Source: an uncultured delta proteobacterium (lineage in GTDB: Bacteria > Myxococcota_A > Polyangia > Haliangiales > Haliangiaceae). Taken from it: a stretch of 64,000 nucleotides of DNA. The stretch lies in contig CAWKDB010000002.1 of assembly GCA_963848295.1 (NCBI GenBank), positions 96,001 through 160,000 on the forward strand, written 5' to 3'. Below are positions 53,989 to 62,645 of the stretch, piece by piece. The first letter of the stretch is position 1. Every line of letters starts with the position of its first letter. The position numbers were made by a program, and so were the translations under genes. Under the pieces are notes generated by a model that had not been told where the DNA came from, made no database searches, and was given only the letters and a program-made list of their open reading frames with translations.

Positions 53989-54088
53989 TAGCGGTACGGC
54001 TTCGCCGCCATTTTGCCGTGCACCAACCCCTTCCGCTTATCCCGACCGTTTGCGCTTCGCGCTACGGTCTCCTAACCTAGCCCCGCAG

Positions 54089-55528
54089 ATGTTCGCGACC
54101 ACGTTCCTCGGTCACCAGGGTTGGGCGTTTCGCACCGAGCGCGCGACCGTGCTGATCGATCCGCTGTTGCGCGAGGACTTCGGCGAGATCCACGCGCTCG
54201 GCTACCGCGTGTGGCCGCCGCGCGAGCTCGATCTCGCCAAGCTCGGCCCGGTCGACGCGATCGTGCTCAGCCACGAGCACGACGACCACTTCGACATCCC
54301 TTCGCTCGCGCAGCTCGATCGCAAGATCCCGATCTACCTGTCGGCGCGCTCGTCGACCGCGGCGCCGGCGATCCTGCGGACGATGGGCTTCGAGGTCCGG
54401 CCGCTCGTGCCCGGGATCGCGCACGCGATCGGCGACCTCGAGATCACGCCGTTCACCGGCGATCACGTCGGCACGAACTGCGGCGACGAATGGGACACCC
54501 TGCCCTACCTCGTCCGCCACACCGGCGGTCACGGCAGCTTCTTCACGATGGTCGACATCCCGATCACCGAGCGCCACGTGCAGTGGGCGGCGGCGAAGGC
54601 GGCGCGGCCGGGCCTCGTCGGGTGGACGAACAACGCGATCGACTGGGCGCACATGGCGCACTACCTCGCGGGCCGCGAAGAGGGCACGCAGCAGACGTTC
54701 ATCAAGATGGGCATGGGCCACAAGATGATCGAGCAGCACTGGGGCACGCCGGCCGCGATGATGATGTGCGCCGGCGGGTTCTCGTTCGTCGGCGATCGCG
54801 AGTGGCTCAATCGCCGCGTGTTCTGCGTCGACAACGACGCGGTGTGCACCGCGATGACGAAGGTCTATCGCAAGGAGAAGTTCGTCACCGCGACGCCGGG
54901 CCAGACGTTCAACCTCGTCGCGAACAAGCTCAAGTCGATCGACGCGACCGCGCCGTTCCTCGGCACCGCGCCGCGCGAGACCTGGCCGACCCGCGGGTGG
55001 AGCGCGACCGGCGACGTGCCCGACTACGCGCCCGCGACCGGCCGGCGCGAATTCACCGATCGCGAGCTCGCGGAGCTGACCGGCGATCTCGAAGGGGTCG
55101 CGGCGGCGTGGTTCGGCGGCAAGCTGTTCGCAAGCCTGTCCTCGCTGCTCGACTCCGAGGTCGCCGACCGCAAGCGCGCGTTCGCGTTCTCGCTGCGCCG
55201 CGACCCGGGCGAGACCATCGTGCTCGAGTACGCACCGACCGCGTGCAGGTTCGCGCGCAGCTCCGACCCGCCCGAGCGCTATCTCGGTGGGCTCGAGTGC
55301 TGGGCGAGCGACTTCGCGGCCGTCGCCGCGGGCGAGCTCGGTCCGATCGCGCTCAGCTTCGGTCGCGCGCGGGTGTGGAACGCGCTCTCGGAGCGGTTCC
55401 AGTTCGATCCGTTCGCCGAGCTGTATCGCGTCAGTCACCCGCTGCGCCGGCCGGCCGAGACCTTGCGCAACTACGAGAAGATCTGGCAGTCGGTCGCGAG
55501 CACGCAGCCGGTGGTTCCCGCGCGCTGA
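54089..55528 (+). CDS. Metallo-beta-lactamase-fold hydrolase
   Basis: TFLGHQG, LIDP, SHEHDDH. Confidence 0.75.
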   Translation: MFATTFLGHQGWAFRTERATVLIDPLLREDFGEIHALGYRVWPPRELDLAKLGPVDAIVLSHEHDDHFDIPSLAQLDRKIPIYLSARSSTAAPAILRTMGFEVRPLVPGIAHAIGDLEITPFTGDHVGTNCGDEWDTLPYLVRHTGGHGSFFTMVDIPITERHVQWAAAKAARPGLVGWTNNAIDWAHMAHYLAGREEGTQQTFIKMGMGHKMIEQHWGTPAAMMMCAGGFSFVGDREWLNRRVFCVDNDAVCTAMTKVYRKEKFVTATPGQTFNLVANKLKSIDATAPFLGTAPRETWPTRGWSATGDVPDYAPATGRREFTDRELAELTGDLEGVAAAWFGGKLFASLSSLLDSEVADRKRAFAFSLRRDPGETIVLEYAPTACRFARSSDPPERYLGGLECWASDFAAVAAGELGPIALSFGRARVWNALSERFQFDPFAELYRVSHPLRRPAETLRNYEKIWQSVASTQPVVPAR

Positions 55529-56710
55529 TCAGTTCCCGACGTACGCCCACCACTCGGACACGCCTTGGCCGGCGACGGTGGACTCGATCAGCAGCGAGCT
55601 CCCGTTGCCGCCGATCTGTCCGTTGGCGACCCGCTCGATCGTCAGGTGCAGCGTCGTCCCGTTCGAGCCGTCGGTGCGGTCCCACGTCAGCTCGAGCTCG
55701 GGTGGCAACCCGAAGATCGCGTGGTCGGCATCGGTCGCGCGAACGTTCCACAGGTCGGTCGGCTGATCGCTGAACAGCACGACGTCGATCGTCTTGGACA
55801 TGCCGTACGGGACCTGTACTCCTTCGGTCGTGATCCCGCCGGTCGCGCTATCGAACGGCAGCAGGTCCGGTAGCACCGGCTCGGCGCCGTGATAGGCGCC
55901 GGCGGGCGCCGGTACGCACGGATCGCCGTTGGTCCCGGCCGCGACGTTCGACCACGTGCGCTGGACCAGGTAGTTGCCGACGAGCCGCTGGGCGGCGTTG
56001 CCGAGGTATTCGCACATGTCGCCGAGCTCGCCGCCCGGCATCTCGCCCCAGATCGCGTGAAATGGATCGGGGAGCACGTAGGCAGGATTCGATGCGACAT
56101 GCGGATCGGTCGAGGCTTCGAGCAGCTCGTGGCTGAGCGCCAAGGTGGCCGTGTCGAGCGTGTCGTCGCAGCGCGGGATCAGCGCGTAGACCACGAGCTG
56201 TTGGGTCTCGTCGTGATAGCCGCCGAACGCCTGGCAGCTGTTGCCGAACGGCGTCGATAGCATCGCGCCGTGCGGCAGGAACACCGTGTAGATCGTGTTC
56301 GGCGTGTCGAGCGGCCACGCGCCACCGGCCTGCGAGTTCGCATCGACGTAGGCCTGGAGCTCGGCGTCGGTCGTCGGCACCGTGTCGGTGGTGACGATCG
56401 GGGTCGCGAACGTGATGCCGGAGATCCCGTACTCGGACGTGATCGCGGTCCAATAGGCCGAGCCCGGCAAAGCCGCGAAGAACCCCTCGAGCGCGGTCTG
56501 CATCGTGTCGTCGCCGGTGAAGAAGATCGGCACGACGACCGGCGCGGCCAGCACCACGCCGCCCGCGCGCGGCAACACGACCGGTTGCGGCCCGTGCGGC
56601 GCCGTGAAGCCGGCGTCGCTCGACGAATCGAAGTATTGCGCGTCGGGGAGCCCCGAGCCGCCACCACACCCGATGCCGACGATGATCCCCAACCCCGCGG
56701 CGAGCTTCAT
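55529..56710 (-). CDS. Phi_1/EXORDIUM-like lipoprotein, paralog 3
   Basis: Lipobox GIGC; SEYG, IYTVF, C..FGGYH, SHELLEASTDP, ELGDMC, VQRTWSN, DPC. Confidence 0.65.
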   Translation of the reverse strand: MKLAAGLGIIVGIGCGGGSGLPDAQYFDSSSDAGFTAPHGPQPVVLPRAGGVVLAAPVVVPIFFTGDDTMQTALEGFFAALPGSAYWTAITSEYGISGITFATPIVTTDTVPTTDAELQAYVDANSQAGGAWPLDTPNTIYTVFLPHGAMLSTPFGNSCQAFGGYHDETQQLVVYALIPRCDDTLDTATLALSHELLEASTDPHVASNPAYVLPDPFHAIWGEMPGGELGDMCEYLGNAAQRLVGNYLVQRTWSNVAAGTNGDPCVPAPAGAYHGAEPVLPDLLPFDSATGGITTEGVQVPYGMSKTIDVVLFSDQPTDLWNVRATDADHAIFGLPPELELTWDRTDGSNGTTLHLTIERVANGQIGGNGSSLLIESTVAGQGVSEWWAYVGN

Positions 56711-56735
56711 CGCACGAGCGTACACCCGCGGCGCG

Positions 56736-58016
56736 TCAGTTCCCAATCCAACCCCACCACTCGCTGACCGACTCGCCGCCGACGAACGACTCGATCAACA
56801 AGACGCTGCCGCCGTTCGCGCCCGACGCCACGCGGTAGATCGTCAGATCGAGCTTCGAGCCGTTGTTGCCGGTCGGCTGATCGAACGCGAGCTGCAGCTC
56901 GCTCTGGGTGTGGAACAGGTCGTGGTCGGCGTCGTAGGCCTCGACCTGCCAGTCGGTCGTCGGCTCGTCGCTGAACAAGTCGACCTCGACCTGGACCGTC
57001 GTGCCGGTCGCGACGCTGACCCCCGGCGTCGTGATGGCGTTGCCCTCGGCGTCGATGAACGGCAACTGATCGCTGAACACCGGCTCGGCCGCGACGTAGG
57101 GCATCGCCAGCGCGGGCACGCATGGATCGTGCGAGGTCAACGCCGCCGCGTTCGACCACGTGCGCTGCACGTAGTAGTCGGTCTGGTCGAGCTGCGTGAA
57201 CGCATCTTGGACGTACTCGCACATGTCGCCGAGCTCGCCACCGGGCGAGACCCCCCACACCGCGTGCGCGGCGTCGGTGTTCTGATAGGCCGGGTTGCTG
57301 AACGGGAATGGATCGCTCGAGGCTTCGACCAGCTCGTGACTCGTCACGATCGTGAGCGAGGGCAAGTCGCCGCTGCACCGGGGCAGCAGCGCATAGACCA
57401 CGCCGCCCGGCGTCTCGTCGTGATAGCCGCCGAAGTCGAAGCAGCTCGTCCCGAACGGCGTCGTCTCGGTGATGCCATCGGGCAAGAACACCGCGTAGAT
57501 CGTGTTCGGCGTGGTCGCGGGCCAGCCGTGAACGCCGGCGCTATTCGTCGTGATCAGCGCTTGCAGATCGGCATCGCTCGTCGGCGGCGGATCGGTGTCG
57601 ACGACGGTCGGCGCGATCGCGATGTCGCCGATGCCGTACTCCGCGGTCGTCGCGTGCCAATACGACGAGCCCGGCAGCGCCGCGAGGTAGCCCTCGACCT
57701 GCGATTGCATCATCGAGTCGCCGGCGAAGAACACCGGCACGACGAGCGGTGCGGAGAGCACCGGCCCGGCGAGCGGGACGACCTGCGGTTGCGCCCCGTG
57801 CGGCGCGGTCACGAACGGCGCGGCATCGACGCTCGCATCGACGACCGCGGCATCCGGGCCGGTCGACTCGCCGAACGAGAAGCAGCCGCCGAAGGCGAGG
57901 ATCGCCAGCCCCGAGGCGGATCGCAAGATCGGCTGTCCGTCGCGAAGCAAGGACGGCCGAGTCCTCGCGCCGAGGGGCCCCCGTTTACGGGGCGCCGGCC
58001 AGCTACTGCGCGACAT
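56736..58016 (-). CDS. Phi_1/EXORDIUM-like lipoprotein, paralog 2 (element B in its N-terminal region)
   Basis: Same motifs (SHELVEASSDP, ELGDMC, VQRTWSN); lipobox FGGC; start at MSRSS is inferred. Confidence 0.65.
   Translation of the reverse strand: MSRSSWPAPRKRGPLGARTRPSLLRDGQPILRSASGLAILAFGGCFSFGESTGPDAAVVDASVDAAPFVTAPHGAQPQVVPLAGPVLSAPLVVPVFFAGDSMMQSQVEGYLAALPGSSYWHATTAEYGIGDIAIAPTVVDTDPPPTSDADLQALITTNSAGVHGWPATTPNTIYAVFLPDGITETTPFGTSCFDFGGYHDETPGGVVYALLPRCSGDLPSLTIVTSHELVEASSDPFPFSNPAYQNTDAAHAVWGVSPGGELGDMCEYVQDAFTQLDQTDYYVQRTWSNAAALTSHDPCVPALAMPYVAAEPVFSDQLPFIDAEGNAITTPGVSVATGTTVQVEVDLFSDEPTTDWQVEAYDADHDLFHTQSELQLAFDQPTGNNGSKLDLTIYRVASGANGGSVLLIESFVGGESVSEWWGWIGN
57929..57992. repeat. 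Palindromic element family B, copy 2
   Basis: tcggctgtcc-gtc-gcgaagc-aa-ggacggccga ... ccgaggg-g-cccccg-ttta-cgggg. Confidence 0.75.
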
Positions 58017-59208
58017 AGCCCCACCACTCCGAGACGGAGTGGCCATCGACCGTCGACTCGATCAGCACGATGCTGCCGCCGCCATCGCCGTTCGCGAGCC
58101 GACGGATCGTCAGCTCGAGCTTCGAGCCATTGTTGCCGGTGGTGTGATCCCACGTGAACGCGAGCTCGGGCTGACTCCCATAGAACTGGTTGTCGGCGTC
58201 GATCGCTTGCACCGTCCAGTCGGCGGTGGGGGTATCGGCAAACAAATCCACCTCGATCGTCGCGGACGAGCCGTTCGTGACCGTCACGCCCGGCGTCGTG
58301 ATGCTGTTGCCTTCGACATCCTCGAACGGCAGCTGCTCGGTCAGCACCGGCTCTGCGCCGAGGTACGGCGTGGCCGGCAGGTCGGGCACGCACGGGTCGT
58401 GTTGCGCGGCAGCCGCGGCGTTCGACCAGGTGCGCTGCACGAGGTAGTTGCCGACGAGGATCTGAAATGCCGAGTGGACGTACTCGCACATGTCGCCGAG
58501 CTCACCGCCCGGCGCGAGACCCCAGATCGCGTGCATCGCGTCGGTGGTCTGATAGGCCGGGTTGCTCGAGAACAGCGGATCGCTCGACGCTTCGATCAGC
58601 TCGTGCGACAGCGCCGGCGTGAGGCCCGACAGGACGCCGCTCGTGCAACGCGGCAGCAGCGCGTACACGATCGAGCCGGCTTGGGTCTCCGCGTGATAGC
58701 CGCCGAAGGAGTCGCAGCTCGTGCCGAACCCCGTCGATAAAGTCACACCGTCCGGCAAGAACACCGTGTAGATCGTGTTCGGCGTGTTCGCGGGCCAGCC
58801 GTGCGCGCCGTCGCTGTTCGTCGTGATGAACGTCTGCAGCGCTGCATCGGTCGTGGGCGGCGGATCGCTCGACACGATGCTCGGGGCGATCGCGATGTCG
58901 CCGATGCCGTACTCCGCGGTCGTCGCGTGCCAATACGTCGAGCCCGGCAGCGCCGCGAGGAAGCCCTCGACCTGGGCTTGCATCGCATCGTCGCCGGTGA
59001 AGAAGATCGGCACGACGAGCGGCGCGGTCAGCACCGGGCCGCCCAGCGTGACCGCTTGGGGCTGGGCTCCGTGCGGGGCGATCGCGAATGCGGCGTCGAC
59101 CGGCGTGGCATCGGGCAGCTCGGCGTCGGGTCCATGATCGTGCGAGCCACCGCCGCCGCAGGCACCAAACGCGAGCAGCCCGGCGAGCGCGAGCGACGGG
59201 TTCCACAT
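58003..59208 (-). CDS. Phi_1/EXORDIUM-like lipoprotein, paralog 1
   Basis: Lipobox FGAC; SHELIEASSDP, ELGDMC, VQRTWSN. Confidence 0.65.
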   Translation of the reverse strand: MWNPSLALAGLLAFGACGGGGSHDHGPDAELPDATPVDAAFAIAPHGAQPQAVTLGGPVLTAPLVVPIFFTGDDAMQAQVEGFLAALPGSTYWHATTAEYGIGDIAIAPSIVSSDPPPTTDAALQTFITTNSDGAHGWPANTPNTIYTVFLPDGVTLSTGFGTSCDSFGGYHAETQAGSIVYALLPRCTSGVLSGLTPALSHELIEASSDPLFSSNPAYQTTDAMHAIWGLAPGGELGDMCEYVHSAFQILVGNYLVQRTWSNAAAAAQHDPCVPDLPATPYLGAEPVLTEQLPFEDVEGNSITTPGVTVTNGSSATIEVDLFADTPTADWTVQAIDADNQFYGSQPELAFTWDHTTGNNGSKLELTIRRLANGDGGGSIVLIESTVDGHSVSEWWGYVAQ

Positions 59209-59341
59209 GCGAGGATCAGACACCGCGACCTCGGCGGTGTCGAGGACGCCCCGGCCAACACCCTCTCACCGGGCGAGACTCGCGCCATTCACAGAGCCGC
59301 CCGGTGATCGCGTCGCGTCCGGCGAAGTAAGGGCGATGTCC

Positions 59342-60133
59342 TTACGGGCGCCTGCGACCCCAGGCGGCAATCATCGGCGCGGTCACGACCTCGACGCGTC
59401 CAGCCGCGACGTTCGCGACATGGCGATCGACCTGCTCGTCGGTGGCATGGCCCTTGGCGACGAGCGCTGAACGTAAGATCTCGATCGTCGCGAGCTCGAG
59501 AGTGGCGAGCTCCGGCATCGCGACCGGGAACTGCGCCTCGGCGCGAACGTCGACGAGTCCGGCGGCGCGCAGCCGGCGCGGCAACGTCCGGCCAAAGCCG
59601 AGGTCGGCACCGCGGTCCGCGAGCAGCGCGCGAAAGCCGGTGCGGATGTGGTTCGCGAGCGCGTGCTCGGGCGTGATCGCATCGAGATGCGCGAGCGGTT
59701 GTAGCGCTGGATCGGCGTCTTCGATCAGCAGCCAGCCGCCGGGGGCGAGCGTCGCGACCATCGCGCGCAGCGCGGCGTCACGATCGACGACGTGGACCAG
59801 GACGAGCCGCGCGTGGACGAGATCGAACTGCTCGGCAGGAGCCGGATCCGCCGCGACGTCGTGGCGGCGAACTTCGATCGGCGCCGAGGCCGCGGCGTCC
59901 ATCCACGCCGTGTCGAGATCGGTCGCGAGCACGCGCCCGGTCGAGCCGACCTGCGCGCCGAGCCAGCGCGGCACGTTGTCGCCGCCGGCGCCGACCTCCC
60001 ACACCCGCCAACCCGCCGCGATGCCGAGCGCGCCGATCCGGCGAAACGTAGCGGGATCGAACAATGCCGACATCGCCGCGAAGCGCCGCCCCGCTGCGGG
60101 TGCGCGGTTGTCGAGCAGGTACCCGGCGGTCAC
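59342..60133 (-). CDS. Class I SAM-dependent methyltransferase
   Basis: VWEVGAGGD, ATDLD, FDLVHARLVLVH, LAPGGWL. Confidence 0.88.
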   Translation of the reverse strand: MTAGYLLDNRAPAAGRRFAAMSALFDPATFRRIGALGIAAGWRVWEVGAGGDNVPRWLGAQVGSTGRVLATDLDTAWMDAAASAPIEVRRHDVAADPAPAEQFDLVHARLVLVHVVDRDAALRAMVATLAPGGWLLIEDADPALQPLAHLDAITPEHALANHIRTGFRALLADRGADLGFGRTLPRRLRAAGLVDVRAEAQFPVAMPELATLELATIEILRSALVAKGHATDEQVDRHVANVAAGRVEVVTAPMIAAWGRRRP

Positions 60134-60142
60134 CGCGCTAGG

Positions 60143-60769
60143 TTACTGCCAGTAGAAGTTCGCGGCGATGCCGGTCACGGTCGACAGATCGATGTTCTTG
60201 AACGAGTTCGTGAAGTTCAAGTTGCCGCCGATCGAGCCGGAGAACGAGAACCAGTCGGAGATGAAGCGCTCGACGCCGAAGTCGCCGCCGACCAGGACGT
60301 CGAGGTTGGTGCTCGCGCTGGTATCGGGCCATGCGAGGGCGACCCGTGGCTCGACATAGGCGTAGAACTTGCCCTTGTGCTTGTACAACCGATAGCCGGC
60401 GCCGACCTCGAAGCCGAACGTCGTCGTGGTCGTGGCTGGCGCGGTCATCGTCGCCGGGACCGACGCGTGGTTGAGGTCGAACCCGGCGATCACGTCGATC
60501 GCGCTGCTCGGATCGAGGAAGTACAACACGTCGAGCGTCGTCAGCCCCACGCTGTGCGCTGACACCGCGGCGTCGAGACCTTGCAGCACGCCGACGAGTG
60601 GCACCGAGATCCCGAGGGTGCCCTTATCGAACATGTTGTCGCCGCTCGGGCCCGCGGCCGCGGTCGCGGCGGGCGGTGGCATCGCGGTGCCGGCTTCGGG
60701 CTCGTCGGCGCGCGCGGCGCCGGCCGCAGCCGCTAACAGAGTGAACGCGAGTAGCGAGTTCTTGAACAT
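60143..60769 (-). CDS. Putative outer-membrane beta-barrel protein
   Basis: Signal peptide ending ARA; amphipathic strands; ends NFYWQ; GGAGGGGGAG SD-like sequence upstream. Confidence 0.65.
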   Translation of the reverse strand: MFKNSLLAFTLLAAAAGAARADEPEAGTAMPPPAATAAAGPSGDNMFDKGTLGISVPLVGVLQGLDAAVSAHSVGLTTLDVLYFLDPSSAIDVIAGFDLNHASVPATMTAPATTTTTFGFEVGAGYRLYKHKGKFYAYVEPRVALAWPDTSASTNLDVLVGGDFGVERFISDWFSFSGSIGGNLNFTNSFKNIDLSTVTGIAANFYWQ

Positions 60770-60854
60770 GGACAGCTCCCCCTCCGAGGATGGTCTGGAG
60801 AGATTGGAGTCCACCTGGCCCCGCTGGCGCAAATTTTTGGCAAGCGCGGTGACG

Positions 60855-61685
60855 CTAATCGATCACGGGCGCGACCGTGGTCACCGCGGCGCCCCACCAC
60901 GTCGGGCCGTTGCTCGACACCAGCGTGCCGACGCCGGTCGTCGGATCGATCAGGATGAAGTCGCCGCCGTTCGTGAAGCCGTAGACCTTGTTCTTCCAGT
61001 ACGCGAGGCCCCAGATCTCGCCGTACCCGGTGTCGGTGCCGATCGTGGTCGCCGAGAACGAGACCGGCGCGAGGCGCGCGAGCTCGTCGTTCGAGCTGCC
61101 GGGGACGGTCTGCACCGTGCCGAAGCCATCGACCGCGACGAGATCGCCGCTCGACGCGAACGCGCTGCCCATATTGCCGACTTGAGTCGACACGCCGGTC
61201 ATCGGATCGATGCGGAACACGATCCCGTCGGCATTGCGGGTCGCGATCAACACGTCGTCGCCGGTCTCGCCGAGCATCGCCGCGGGCACGAACGACAAGC
61301 CGTTGTACGTGCCGTCGAGGCTGTCCGACAACAACGTCGTCTGCGCGGTGTCGGGATCGATCTTGTAGACCGCGGTGAACGACACGCCGATCATGTTGCC
61401 GTTCTTGTCGATCGCGATGTCGGTCATCTGATCGGGCAGGAGCGCGATCGGCCAGCCGAACGCGCCGACCTCGGTGATGGCGAGCGAGTCGGGGTCGATG
61501 CGATACAACGTCGAGTCGGTGTGCGCGTAGACGTAGGTCTGGCCCGAGTTGTCGGCATCGCCAGCTCCGGGGTTGGCGTCGGGACCTTCGCCGCCGCCAC
61601 CTCCTCCGCCACCGCCGCCACCCGGGCGCGAGCTCGGTCCACATGCGGTGACGGCGAGCACGAGCAAGGCGATCGCGGGCTTCAT
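60855..61685 (-). CDS. Beta-propeller-like lipoprotein with poly-Gly linker
   Basis: Lipobox VTAC; G12 tract; repeated Y/FxIDPxTG motifs; ends WWGAAVTT. Confidence 0.65.
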   Translation of the reverse strand: MKPAIALLVLAVTACGPSSRPGGGGGGGGGGGEGPDANPGAGDADNSGQTYVYAHTDSTLYRIDPDSLAITEVGAFGWPIALLPDQMTDIAIDKNGNMIGVSFTAVYKIDPDTAQTTLLSDSLDGTYNGLSFVPAAMLGETGDDVLIATRNADGIVFRIDPMTGVSTQVGNMGSAFASSGDLVAVDGFGTVQTVPGSSNDELARLAPVSFSATTIGTDTGYGEIWGLAYWKNKVYGFTNGGDFILIDPTTGVGTLVSSNGPTWWGAAVTTVAPVID

Positions 61686-61751
61686 CGCGGCGGACGATAC
61701 TCCGCGGCGATCGCGATGAGAAGCGCTCAGTTCACGCGGCCGTGGGCCTCG

Positions 61752-62645
61752 TTACGGCGTGTACATCTCGCCGAGCGAGTCGCTCGCCGCCGCGAGCCCG
61801 GCGCGCCGCACGATCGAGGCGATCGGCATCGTCGACGACAACTGCAGCGAGACGATCGCATCGCGCGACACCGCGATCACGCCGGCGCTGCCGCCGGTCG
61901 TGCGCTGCAGGTCGCCGAGCGCATCGGTGACGGCGGGGCGGAGCGCCACACCGTCGGCGACTCGGGCCGCGATGCCGCGTGCGAGCGCGACGCGGAGCAC
62001 CGCTTCGCCATCGCCCGTCGCCGAGATCGCGGCGTAGTGGTCCGCCCACGTCCCTGCGCCAGCGATCGGCGAGTCGCCGATCCGGCCCGCGCGTTTGCCG
62101 GCGATGCCACCGGTCGAGGTCGCGGCGGCGAGCCGACCCTCGCGATCGCGCGCGACCGCGCCGACGGTGCCGCCGGACTTGGCGCTCGCGCCGGCGAGCA
62201 CGTCGCGCAGCCGAGCCCGCGCGCGCTCGGTCACCAGCGAGCCCGGCGCCGCGGGCTCGATCCCGACCTCGGCGGCGAATCGCCACGCAGCTGGGCCCGC
62301 GAGCAGGACGTGCTCGCCGGCGTCGAGCACCGCGCGCGCGAGCGCGATCGCGCGGCCGAGATCCGGTACCGCGCCGACCGCGCCGATGCGTTGATCGTGG
62401 CCGTCCATCACCGCGGCATCGGTCTCGACCGTCCCGTCGCGAGTCAAGGCCGCACCGATCCCGGCGTTGTACTCCGGGTCATCTTCGAGCACGCGCACCG
62501 CGGCGACGACCGCATCGAGCGCCGAGCCGCCGGCGGCGAGGATCGCATCGCCCGCTGCGGCGGCTGCTCGCACGCCGGCGCGCAAGCGATCGTGGCGATC
62601 GGGGGCGACGTCGCCGGCTCCGCCGTGGACGACGATCGCGGTCAT
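61752..62645 (-). CDS. iaaA: Isoaspartyl peptidase / L-asparaginase (Ntn hydrolase)
   Basis: VVHGGAG, LEDDPEYNAG, DAAVMDG, GTVGAVA (catalytic Thr), ATSTGG, GRIGDSP, TGDGE. Confidence 0.88.
   Translation of the reverse strand: MTAIVVHGGAGDVAPDRHDRLRAGVRAAAAAGDAILAAGGSALDAVVAAVRVLEDDPEYNAGIGAALTRDGTVETDAAVMDGHDQRIGAVGAVPDLGRAIALARAVLDAGEHVLLAGPAAWRFAAEVGIEPAAPGSLVTERARARLRDVLAGASAKSGGTVGAVARDREGRLAAATSTGGIAGKRAGRIGDSPIAGAGTWADHYAAISATGDGEAVLRVALARGIAARVADGVALRPAVTDALGDLQRTTGGSAGVIAVSRDAIVSLQLSSTMPIASIVRRAGLAAASDSLGEMYTP

Noticed and set aside
61588..61623. Poly-Gly tract as a contingency repeat
   Set aside because: Mixed Gly codons; ordinary lipoprotein linker.
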